Shown piece by piece: positions 26,356-33,748 of a stretch of 50,369 nt of DNA. The translations under genes and the position numbers were made by a program. This stretch comes from Elusimicrobia bacterium RIFCSPLOWO2_12_FULL_59_9 (GTDB lineage: Bacteria > Elusimicrobiota > Elusimicrobia > O2-12-FULL-59-9). Numbering within the stretch: position 1 is the first letter of the stretch; each line of letters opens with the position of its first letter. The stretch is taken from positions 1 through 50,369 of the forward strand of contig MGUX01000066.1 of the NCBI GenBank assembly GCA_001800185.1, given 5' to 3'. The notes under the pieces were generated by a model, which saw nothing but the letters and a program-made list of their open reading frames with translations, searched no databases and was not told the origin of the DNA.

Positions 26356-27249
26356 CTACGGCGTTGAGGAAGCCGAGCCTCCCTTGACTCCAGGGTCGCC
26401 CGCGTACTCTTTGGCCAAAGAGGTAATTCCGGTCATGGCTCCTAGACCCATGGTTTCCACGGCGCTGGAGGGAACGACCACGATGGTGGAGCTCTTCCGC
26501 ATTCCTTCCAAAAGAATGTTCATGGCGCGAAGGTGAAGCGCGACGGGGCTATTGACGTAGGCCTTGGAAGACTCCTCAAAGACCTTCGAAACCTGTCGCT
26601 CCGACTCCGCCAAAATAACCCTGGCTTGTCGCTCCCTTTCCGCTTGAGCCTGCATGGACATCGCGTTCTGCAGGCTTGAAGGGATTTTCACATCACGGAT
26701 CTCCACTGACAGAGCCTTGATGCCCCAGACCTCCGTTCGCTGCTCGATCATCTCGCAAAGGTCCTTGTCGATTTTTTCTCTTCCCCGGAGCATTTCCGAG
26801 AGGTCGGTTTTGCCGATTACGTCCCGCAGGGCGGTCTGGCTGGACCAAGCAATGGCCTGCTGGTAATCCTCCACTTCGAGGGCCGCCTTCTTAGGATCCA
26901 CCACCCGCCAGAAAAGCACCGCGTCCACGTCCACCGGCACGCTGTCCTTGGTCAATGTTTCTTCCGCGGTAAAGGGGGTGGTGATCGTCCTCAAATCTAT
27001 CCAGTAGGGGATGGTATCCACGAAGGGAATGACGCCGAATAGGCCCGGCCCCCGCAGATCGTGGAACTTTCCCATCCGGAGGATCACCGCCTTCTGCCAT
27101 TGGCGCGCGACGCGCACGGCCAAAAAGAACAAGATGGCGAAAAGCGCGATGGCGGCCCCTACGGTTGGATTTTCGAATCGGACGCTCAACGCTCCCCCCG
27201 CGGCAAGCATCAAAACAAACAAAAGCACCGTAAATGGATGGATTCCCAT
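26356..27249 (-). CDS. SPFH/band-7 membrane scaffold protein, paralog of 10772-11677
   Basis: 297 aa. The RBS AGGAGG lies 7 nt upstream of the ATG. The sequence is nearly collinear with the first copy. Confidence 0.9.
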   Translation of the reverse strand: MGIHPFTVLLFVLMLAAGGALSVRFENPTVGAAIALFAILFFLAVRVARQWQKAVILRMGKFHDLRGPGLFGVIPFVDTIPYWIDLRTITTPFTAEETLTKDSVPVDVDAVLFWRVVDPKKAALEVEDYQQAIAWSSQTALRDVIGKTDLSEMLRGREKIDKDLCEMIEQRTEVWGIKALSVEIRDVKIPSSLQNAMSMQAQAERERQARVILAESERQVSKVFEESSKAYVNSPVALHLRAMNILLEGMRKSSTIVVVPSSAVETMGLGAMTGITSLAKEYAGDPGVKGGSASSTP

Positions 27250-27303
27250 CGTTTATTCCTCCTCTTAGGCGACGCCGGATCAAGCGATGCGTCTGGATTG
27301 ATA

Positions 27304-27319
27304 TGCAACGAATTGGCCA
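27304..27319 (-). promoter_or_regulatory. Sigma54 promoter P4 for the second SPFH/ACIII-like operon
   Basis: The minus strand reads TGGCCAATTCGTTGCA. It lies 55 nt upstream of ATG 27249 and 13 nt after the stop of the upstream gene. Confidence 0.65.
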
Positions 27320-27331
27320 AAAAAAGGTGAG

Positions 27332-28570
27332 TTACCGCTTTCCCAGGGACTTCATATAAGCCACCAAAGCCCGGATCTCATCGTCTCGAAGATCGAGCTT
27401 TGGCATGGAAGAGCCGGGGCTCACGGCCTGGGGGTCGCGGAAGTGTTTCGTGAGCCACTCTTCTGCCTTCTTGCCGGCCACTTTATCCAATTCAGGTCCA
27501 ACGACCCCGCCCCTTGCATTGAGCTTGTGGCAGTAGGCGCAGTTCAAGTTGCGGTAAAGCCTCCGCCCCGCCAAAACCAGGGGGTCCTTTTCGGCGGCGG
27601 CAGCGGCAGGCGGGCCGTTGAATTTCTGGGCGGCGATGTAGCGGGCCAAGTCCTCTATCTGCGTGTCGGCCAACTGGCCCTTGAACCCCGGCATGGTGGA
27701 GGACTGGTTCAGTTGGGTAGGATCCAGGATATATTTCTTGATGTAGGTTTTGTCGCGAGCGGAACCGATGAGAGAGAGGTCGGGACCCCCGTCCCCGCCC
27801 TCCCCGCCGATGCGGTGGCAGGCGGCGCAATTGTCGGCAAAGAGTTTGGGCGCTTCGCCCGTGAAGGGCCCGCCGGCCAGAGACTTCATGTAGGCGACCA
27901 GGGCTTGAATCTCATCATCCAAAAGATTGAGTTTGGGCATCTCGGATCCCGGGTTCGCGGCTTTGGGATCGCGAAGGTGTTTTACCAACCAATCCTCCGT
28001 CTCCTCCCCGACCACCTTGTCCAACTCCGGGCCGATCTCACCCCCTTTGCCTCCAATCCTGTGGCAGTAGGCGCAGTTCAAAGCGCGGTAAAGCCGCGTC
28101 CCGGCCATCACCGCCGGGTCTTTTTCGATCACCGGGTTGAGCATGGGGCTTTTGGCGCCGTAATAGGTCAGAAGCCCAATGCCCGTCAAAGCGGCCAAGC
28201 CCAGGCTCAGCCAAAAAGGCCGATTCAAGGGGTGCCTTTCAGGCGAGCGGTCCAAGAAGGGCAGAAACAAGAGCACGCCGGCCGCCGCGCCCGGAAGGAT
28301 GACGGCGGCCACGGCTTCCAATTTACCGGGAAAGAATTTGAGGGCCTGGAATATGAACAGAAAATACCATTCAGGGCGAGGATTGTAGGTGCTGTCGGTG
28401 GGGTCGGCCAGATCTTCCAGAGGGGCGCCGAGTTTCAAGGCCAGAACGCAAAGAGCCGCCAGGATCAAGGCCGCGACGCAGATATCCTTGAACACCGCAT
28501 ACGGGAAAAAAGACTGGCCTTTTTCCTTCAATTCCTTGTATTGCTTTAAGTAATCCTGTCTCCAACTCAT
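27332..28570 (-). CDS. Cytochrome b C-terminal (subunit IV-like) domain fused to three monohaem cytochrome c domains
   Basis: 412 aa. The N-terminal part has TM helices and the PEWYF motif (YNPRPEWYFLFIFQ). Then come CAYCHRIGGKGG, CAACHRIGGEGG and CAYCHKLNARGG. Haem domains 1 and 3 are clear internal duplicates. Confidence 0.85.
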   Translation of the reverse strand: MSWRQDYLKQYKELKEKGQSFFPYAVFKDICVAALILAALCVLALKLGAPLEDLADPTDSTYNPRPEWYFLFIFQALKFFPGKLEAVAAVILPGAAAGVLLFLPFLDRSPERHPLNRPFWLSLGLAALTGIGLLTYYGAKSPMLNPVIEKDPAVMAGTRLYRALNCAYCHRIGGKGGEIGPELDKVVGEETEDWLVKHLRDPKAANPGSEMPKLNLLDDEIQALVAYMKSLAGGPFTGEAPKLFADNCAACHRIGGEGGDGGPDLSLIGSARDKTYIKKYILDPTQLNQSSTMPGFKGQLADTQIEDLARYIAAQKFNGPPAAAAAEKDPLVLAGRRLYRNLNCAYCHKLNARGGVVGPELDKVAGKKAEEWLTKHFRDPQAVSPGSSMPKLDLRDDEIRALVAYMKSLGKR

Positions 28571-28573
28571 GGA

Positions 28574-29248
28574 TTATTGGTCTTTGCGGCGCGGAGTTTC
28601 CGAGATGCCGTGCCAGACCACCAAAAACAGGTGCAGGCCCACAAACAGAATCAGCAGCGCCGGAAGCACCAGCACATGGAAAGCGTAGAAACGGCTCAGG
28701 GTCAGCGCCCCCAAAACATCTCCGCCCTTAAGCACCTTTCCTATGTAGGGTCCCAGCGTGGGAACCTGCGCCGCGATATTGGTTCCTACGGCGGTCGCCC
28801 AGTAGGCTTTCTGGTCCCAGGGCAGCAGATAGCCTGTAAAACTGAAGCCCATGACCACCATAAACAAGGCGACGCCCGCCATCCAAGTTCCTTCGCGGGG
28901 ATACTTGTAGGCCCCCATAAAAAACACTCTCAGCATGTGCAGGGCGACGATCACCACCATGAAGCTGGCTCCCCAGTGGTGAAGTCCGCGCACGAAACTT
29001 CCCAGGAGCACTTCCCGTTCTATGTAGCGGATGGAATCGTAGGCGTGGTCCGGCGAGGGGACATAGTTCATCGCCAGAAGCATGCCGGTCAGAGCTTGAA
29101 CGGCGAACAGGAGCAGGCTGGCGCTGCCCAAGGTGTAGAGCCATGCCTGCCAGCCGGACGCTTCCGGGATGCGGCGGTCCAAAAGGGCTTCCTTCACCTT
29201 TTTCCAACCGGTGCGCTCGTCCAATTCGCTCAAAAATTTAGCGATCAT
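28574..29248 (-). CDS. Cytochrome b (b6-type N-terminal four-helix subunit)
   Basis: 224 aa with the His-bearing helices GLHHWGASFMVVIVALHMLRVF and RFYAFHVLVLPALLILFVGLHLFLV. The YLLPWDQ motif (consensus LPWGQ) is also present. Confidence 0.9.
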   Translation of the reverse strand: MIAKFLSELDERTGWKKVKEALLDRRIPEASGWQAWLYTLGSASLLLFAVQALTGMLLAMNYVPSPDHAYDSIRYIEREVLLGSFVRGLHHWGASFMVVIVALHMLRVFFMGAYKYPREGTWMAGVALFMVVMGFSFTGYLLPWDQKAYWATAVGTNIAAQVPTLGPYIGKVLKGGDVLGALTLSRFYAFHVLVLPALLILFVGLHLFLVVWHGISETPRRKDQ

Positions 29249-29736
29249 GCCTTGCCGGATTCGAGAGCTTGAGGGATGATTTGCAGGCGCTCGCGCACCA
29301 CTTTGACGGGAAAGCGGTCCAGGGGTCTGGGAGGAGGGCCGGAGACGACGCGGCCGTCAACGGCGAAAGTGGCCGTGTGGCAGGGGCACAAAAATTGCTT
29401 TTTGTCGGCATCCCAGCGGTAAGGGCATCCCAGATGGGTACAGCGGGGGTCGAAGGCCACAAAATCCCTTCCATTGGAGGTCAAAAACCAGGCCGAAGAC
29501 CTGGTTTCCACCGTCATCCAGCCGTCTTTTTTTCTCTGGGTAAATTCCAATTTGACCGGGGCGCCCCGGGAAACTTCCCGTACCGAGCCGACATCGATCC
29601 AGCCCTCGTCTTCTTTTTTGAAGGCGGGAGACAGAAAATAGCCCGTCCCCGTTCCTCCCAGCACCAAGCCGATGGCCGCCGAGAGCGAGGCGATGATCCA
29701 CTGCAAAAACGTACGGCGGCTCACTTCATTTTCCAT
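29245..29736 (-). CDS. Rieske [2Fe-2S] iron-sulfur subunit
   Basis: 163 aa with a Tat-like signal (SRRTFLQW) and a TM anchor. Rieske boxes CTHLGC and CPCHTATF are present. Confidence 0.9.
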   Translation of the reverse strand: MENEVSRRTFLQWIIASLSAAIGLVLGGTGTGYFLSPAFKKEDEGWIDVGSVREVSRGAPVKLEFTQRKKDGWMTVETRSSAWFLTSNGRDFVAFDPRCTHLGCPYRWDADKKQFLCPCHTATFAVDGRVVSGPPPRPLDRFPVKVVRERLQIIPQALESGKA

Positions 29737-29882
29737 TCAGACCTTCCCAATCGGCGAAATTATGGCCCGCGTAGGTTTCGGAAGAAAGCCCGCGATGGCA
29801 CTCGATGCAAAAATTAGCCCGAATTCCCTGGTTGGGGAATTCCCTGCGCAGCGCGCAGGACGGGCTTCGCCCCGGGCTGCCT

Positions 29883-29917
29883 CGTGCAGCGTTGTCGCAG
29901 AGCGACAACGCTGCACG
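29883..29917 (-). other. Perfect 16-bp-stem hairpin inside the roughly 340-nt leader of the Rieske operon
   Basis: CGTGCAGCGTTGTCGC-AGA-GCGACAACGCTGCACG, read directly. It is flanked by further palindromes at 29843-29859 and 29954-29976. Confidence 0.6.
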
Positions 29918-30086
29918 CCCTGCGGGGAATTCTGCACAATCGTGTACGTCGCATTGAGACGGCAATCGCGTCTCAACTGCAGAATTCAGGTTAGGCTTCT
30001 GTTGGGACCAACGGGGACGGGGCGCAACCGTCAAAAATCATAAAAAACATAAGTGATTTAAACATTTTGCTCTCTCGGATTGCAAG

Positions 30087-30102
30087 CGCAACATCATTGC
30101 CA
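30087..30102 (-). promoter_or_regulatory. Sigma54 promoter P5 upstream of the Rieske/cytochrome b operon
   Basis: The minus strand reads TGGCAATGATGTTGCG, 5 nt after the stop of the upstream cytochrome gene. A possible overlapping sigma70 pair (TTGCAA-N17-TTTAAA) also exists on the same strand. The distance to the Rieske ATG is about 350 nt. Confidence 0.5.
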
Positions 30103-30106
30103 AGCC

Positions 30107-31228
30107 CTACGGGGCGTGGCAGGTCCGGCAGACCGCATCGCCCTTGAACTTGACCGACTTATGCCGGCCGAAGTCATGGCAGGCGGTGCAGGACAGCAAC
30201 TGGGTGTGCTCAAGATGGGGCATGCTCTTGCCTTGATGGCGGACCGTCACGGGAGGAACTTTCACCCCGACTTTGCTGTGGCATAAGGTGGCGCAGAAGC
30301 CCCCCGAGATGAGGGGGCGCTCCGAGAGGTCCTGCAGGGAAGCGTCCAGCTTCTTGCCGGCGCGCGCGATCTCTTGGTCCGATTCCCGCAGAAGGCCGGC
30401 GGCCAGATAGATGTTGTGAACCGCGTGGGCTTCTTTGATCAAAGTCATTTTTTCCGCCGCCTGGGCCAGGTTCTTGCGAGCCTCCTTGAGCGGAGCCTTC
30501 CCAGATTCTTTTTCCTTGATGGCCAGCGCCGTTTGCGCCAGCGCCAGGTTTTCTTCAAGCTCCTGCAAAGTCTCAGCGATAAGCTGCTTGGAATCCGCGA
30601 CGATGCCCCGGTATTTTTCTCCGTGGCATTTGATGCAGCCCGCCTCCGTGGCTTTATATGTTTTTTCCGAGTGAGTGCGGCCGGTCTGGCTGTGCAGGTG
30701 GCAGCCGACGCAGTCCACATTGGCCAGGTACATGGGGCTTGGCATCGCCTCCTTGCGCCCGCCCGCCTTGCCGGCGTAGAAAGCCGCCTGAACCTGGTGC
30801 ATTTCGAGATGGCATTTGGAGCAGTCGAGCGGAAGGCTCTCATGGGGCGTCTGGTGGTTGGCCTCCGTAAATCCATGCTTCATCTCTTTGTGGCAATGGA
30901 AGCAGGCCACGTTGTGCTTGGTGACGTGGTTTTCGTGGATAAACGCCGTGTCGGAGAATTTTGCCAGCTTCTCGGGCTGATTGTGGCAGGTGTAGCAGCG
31001 GTCCTGAGTCGCCTCGCCGCTTCCCTGGATCACGTTCAAATGGCAGTTTTGGCAGGAAACGCCTTTCTGCGTCACGAAAGCCTTATGGTTGTAGGTGATG
31101 TTGCCGATCATAAATGATTTTTTGGGAAGTTCATGGCATCCCAGGCAGCCGGCGACCGGTTTGAGTTCCCTGCCGCTTTTTGTTCCCATAAAGTGGCAGA
31201 GGTAGCAGGTGTCCCAGGTGACCTCCAC
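30107..31228 (-). CDS. 11-haem c-type cytochrome domain with no signal peptide; same frame as the upstream NapC/NirT-like ORF across one TGA
   Basis: 373 aa starting at a GTG. It has ten CxxCH motifs plus one CX3CH (CATLCH) and no N-terminal hydrophobic segment. The minus strand reads CHSQIVV-TGA-AAA-CAT-GTG(EVTWDTCYLCH), all in one frame. Confidence 0.7.
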   Translation of the reverse strand: MEVTWDTCYLCHFMGTKSGRELKPVAGCLGCHELPKKSFMIGNITYNHKAFVTQKGVSCQNCHLNVIQGSGEATQDRCYTCHNQPEKLAKFSDTAFIHENHVTKHNVACFHCHKEMKHGFTEANHQTPHESLPLDCSKCHLEMHQVQAAFYAGKAGGRKEAMPSPMYLANVDCVGCHLHSQTGRTHSEKTYKATEAGCIKCHGEKYRGIVADSKQLIAETLQELEENLALAQTALAIKEKESGKAPLKEARKNLAQAAEKMTLIKEAHAVHNIYLAAGLLRESDQEIARAGKKLDASLQDLSERPLISGGFCATLCHSKVGVKVPPVTVRHQGKSMPHLEHTQLLSCTACHDFGRHKSVKFKGDAVCRTCHAP

Positions 31229-31234
31229 ATGTTT

Positions 31235-31795
31235 TCAGACCACGATTTGGGAATGGCAGGAGACGCATCTGAGTCGTCTTCCGCGGCGGACGCCCAATAA
31301 GTGAGGTGTGTGGTCGAAATGGATGCCTTTTTCGCTGATGACTTTTCCCTGCAGGAGGCGGGTGGAGTGGCAGCCCGGGCGCAGGCAGGAAGAGTCTTCG
31401 ATCTCGGCGAAGGGTTTGGAAGAGTAGGTTCTCGTCACGTATTTGGCTACTTGGGAAAGCGCCTGGAATTTCTTCCATAGAAGCGTCCTCGGGGAGCCGG
31501 GCGGATAGTGGCATTCCACGCAGGCGACGAATTTGTGCTTGGACGTCGCCCAGGCGTTGTAATAGGGCTCCATGATGTGGCAGGAGCGGCAGAACCTCGG
31601 GCTTTCGGAATACTTCGCTAGTCCCGCCAGAACCACGACCGCGGCCAGAAAAGCGCTTCCCAAAAGCGCGAAGAAGCGCGGCCTTAAGTGGACGCTCCAT
31701 ATCTTCTCGGCCGGGACGTGGATGCCGGCGGCGTAGAGCCAGCGTCTCCACCAGGCGGCTCGTCCATAGAGCGGTTTTTCTTCCCCCTGAGTCAT
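31235..31795 (-). CDS. NapC/NirT/NrfH-family membrane-anchored tetrahaem quinol dehydrogenase-like protein
   Basis: 186 aa with an N-terminal TM helix (FFALLGSAFLAAVVVLAGL). It continues FCRSCHIMEPYYNAWATSKHKFVACVECH, then CLRPGCH (CX4CH) and CVSCH. It ends at a TGA that is in frame with the next ORF. Confidence 0.8.
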   Translation of the reverse strand: MTQGEEKPLYGRAAWWRRWLYAAGIHVPAEKIWSVHLRPRFFALLGSAFLAAVVVLAGLAKYSESPRFCRSCHIMEPYYNAWATSKHKFVACVECHYPPGSPRTLLWKKFQALSQVAKYVTRTYSSKPFAEIEDSSCLRPGCHSTRLLQGKVISEKGIHFDHTPHLLGVRRGRRLRCVSCHSQIVV

Positions 31796-33633
31796 CTCAT
31801 TTTTCTCCTTACGTAGCCGGTAAGCCAGGCCCAGTTCATCGGGTAAACGTCGGGATCAAAAATGACCCAATAGAAGTGCCATGCCGCGATGGCGGCGCAG
31901 GCCAGGATGGCCTCATAGAAATGGACGGCCGTGGCCAGGTCGGATACCCACATGGGAAAGTGCTTGAGGGTGAAATCGGAAAATACGAGAATCCCTCCCG
32001 AAATCACCATCACCACGGAGCCCCAGATGAGGGCCCAATACTCCGACTTCTCGATGTAGTTGTAGGGGGTGGAAAGATGCGGCGGAACGCGGCGCAGCCC
32101 CGCATTGAAGGCCGGCATGCGCAGGGCCTGCAGGACGTCTTCGGGTCTTGGCAGCATGGACTTGAGGACCTCTCTGCCCCTGGGGCTGAAGGCGAGATAG
32201 GCCGCATGGTAGACTCCGAGCAGGCAGAACAGGAGGGCGGCCCAGCGGTGGAAAGAGCGCCTTAAATCTTCCGCGGCGAGGGCCAGGGGATAAGCCCACC
32301 AGGTCTCCGAATATTTGAGGGCGAAGCCGGTGTAGCCTAGCCAGAAGAAAGCGAGCAGCAAAACGCCGTGCTGCAGGCGTTCGTTGAGGCTCATGCGCAT
32401 TTCATCCTGCGGGTGGCCATGGGGCGGCGGCGGGCCGGCGCGCAGAAGCTTTTTGACAAAGTCCAGGCCGTTATGTAATATCATCCCGCCGATCACCAGC
32501 GGGATGAGGATCAGGTAGAACCAGGTGGCGGCCCGCAGCGACCAGTGCTGGTTGGCGGGCGGAGGCCCATGAACGTAGCCATGGGCAAGCTGCGCCCCCG
32601 CGCCGGGATGGCATTTCCCGCAGGTGTTGCTGAGGTTGGAGCGGTGAGTGGACGAGCGGGGATCGGTATGGGCCAGCACGTCATGAAAACCGTGGCAGGA
32701 GGCGCAGTTGGCCACCATCAGGTCGCCTCTTTGGTAAGCCAGGCCGTGGTAGGTGTCCATATAGGTCTTGAGGCGGTCCACCGGAAGGTCGAACTTGCGC
32801 GTCAGCCTTTCGGAGGCGTGGCAGCCGGCGCAGGTTTTGGTGATGGCGCCGGTCCAACTGGAGGAGAAGGGGTCTTTGGGGGAGCGGATGGTATGCTCGC
32901 CATGGCAGTTCGTGCACACCGGCGCCTCCTTGATGCCCGCGCGTGTGGCCTGACCGTGGATGCTGACCTGGTAGGCTGAAAGAGCGTTGTTGTGGCAGCG
33001 GCCGCAGGTTTCAGGGATGTTGCGCCAGAAAATGCGGCTTGAGCTGTTGGCGGCGCCGTGCAGGTCGTGAGAGCCGTGGCAATCGCTGCAGACGGCGGCG
33101 TTGATTTTTCCTTGAGCGAAGGCCTCGCCGTGAACCGTATGAGCGTAGGAATCGACGGGCTGTAGCTCCGACAGCTTGAATTTTTCCATCCGCTTCAGGT
33201 CCTTATGGCAGCGGCCGCAGGTGTCCGGGATGTTCTTGCGGTTGACGGGAGATTGCGGATTTCTGGAGTTGAGCAAGGTGTGGGTCCGTCCGTGGCAGTC
33301 TTTGCAGGCCGCCGCTTCGCTCAGGCCCCGCGCCACGGCCTGGCCGTGGTCGGAGTTCATGTAAATTTGGGACTCGATGCGGTGGCAGGTTTTGCAGGAG
33401 ACCGGAGCGAGCTTCTCCGGATGCGGCAGATTGGCGGCGTCCGCGTGGCAGGAAATGCACAGATGCCGGCCGTGGATGGAGGCTTTGTGGCTTTTGAAGT
33501 CCACGCGGGGCGCTCCCATCAGCCCCTCGGAATGGCAAGCCATACAGTCCTCGTTTTGCTGCCCCCAAGCGGGGAGGCCGGTCGACAGGATGGCCAGGAC
33601 CCAAACGCTCGACAGCGCGGCTTTGATAGTCAT
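31792..33633 (-). CDS. CbcL-like fusion: periplasmic 11-haem cytochrome c domain plus C-terminal dihaem cytochrome b (FdnI/HydC-type) membrane domain
   Basis: 613 aa with a signal peptide and 11 CxxCH motifs in the first roughly 345 aa. About 5 TM helices with conserved His follow (LQHGVLLLAFFW, FHRWAALLF, AVHFYEAILA). Confidence 0.8.
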   Translation of the reverse strand: MTIKAALSSVWVLAILSTGLPAWGQQNEDCMACHSEGLMGAPRVDFKSHKASIHGRHLCISCHADAANLPHPEKLAPVSCKTCHRIESQIYMNSDHGQAVARGLSEAAACKDCHGRTHTLLNSRNPQSPVNRKNIPDTCGRCHKDLKRMEKFKLSELQPVDSYAHTVHGEAFAQGKINAAVCSDCHGSHDLHGAANSSSRIFWRNIPETCGRCHNNALSAYQVSIHGQATRAGIKEAPVCTNCHGEHTIRSPKDPFSSSWTGAITKTCAGCHASERLTRKFDLPVDRLKTYMDTYHGLAYQRGDLMVANCASCHGFHDVLAHTDPRSSTHRSNLSNTCGKCHPGAGAQLAHGYVHGPPPANQHWSLRAATWFYLILIPLVIGGMILHNGLDFVKKLLRAGPPPPHGHPQDEMRMSLNERLQHGVLLLAFFWLGYTGFALKYSETWWAYPLALAAEDLRRSFHRWAALLFCLLGVYHAAYLAFSPRGREVLKSMLPRPEDVLQALRMPAFNAGLRRVPPHLSTPYNYIEKSEYWALIWGSVVMVISGGILVFSDFTLKHFPMWVSDLATAVHFYEAILACAAIAAWHFYWVIFDPDVYPMNWAWLTGYVRRKMR

Positions 33634-33687
33634 GACGATTCATCACAGGCAACAAATCCGCCGTTACCGGACTGCGGACTCCTTTAT

Positions 33688-33703
33688 TGGCAAGGTTGTT
33701 GCA
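33688..33703 (+). promoter_or_regulatory. Sigma54 promoter P6 for the monohaem lipoprotein gene
   Basis: The plus strand reads TGGCAAGGTTGTTGCA, 46 nt upstream of the ATG at 33749. Confidence 0.6.
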
Positions 33704-33748
33704 GGAAGGGTCTGCGACCGGTTTCGGCTTTAAACCGGAGTGAGGCGC

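Noticed and set aside
29726-30034. 102-aa ORF in the Rieske leader containing a CIECH haem motif (…ANFCIECHRGLSSETYAGHNFADWEGLNGK).
   Set aside because: It has no signal peptide or TM segment, so it could not be matured as a cytochrome c. The rest of the frame runs through palindromic repeat DNA. At most it is a decayed remnant, and it is mentioned under the leader finding.
33649-33663. Weak sigma54-like element on the minus strand (CGGCGGATTTGTTGCC) upstream of the CbcL-like gene.
   Set aside because: GG-N10-GC spacing is satisfied, but the -24 hexamer is poor. The predicted start would leave only about 5 nt of leader before ATG 33633. It is kept only as a possibility; the real promoter of this operon is unresolved.
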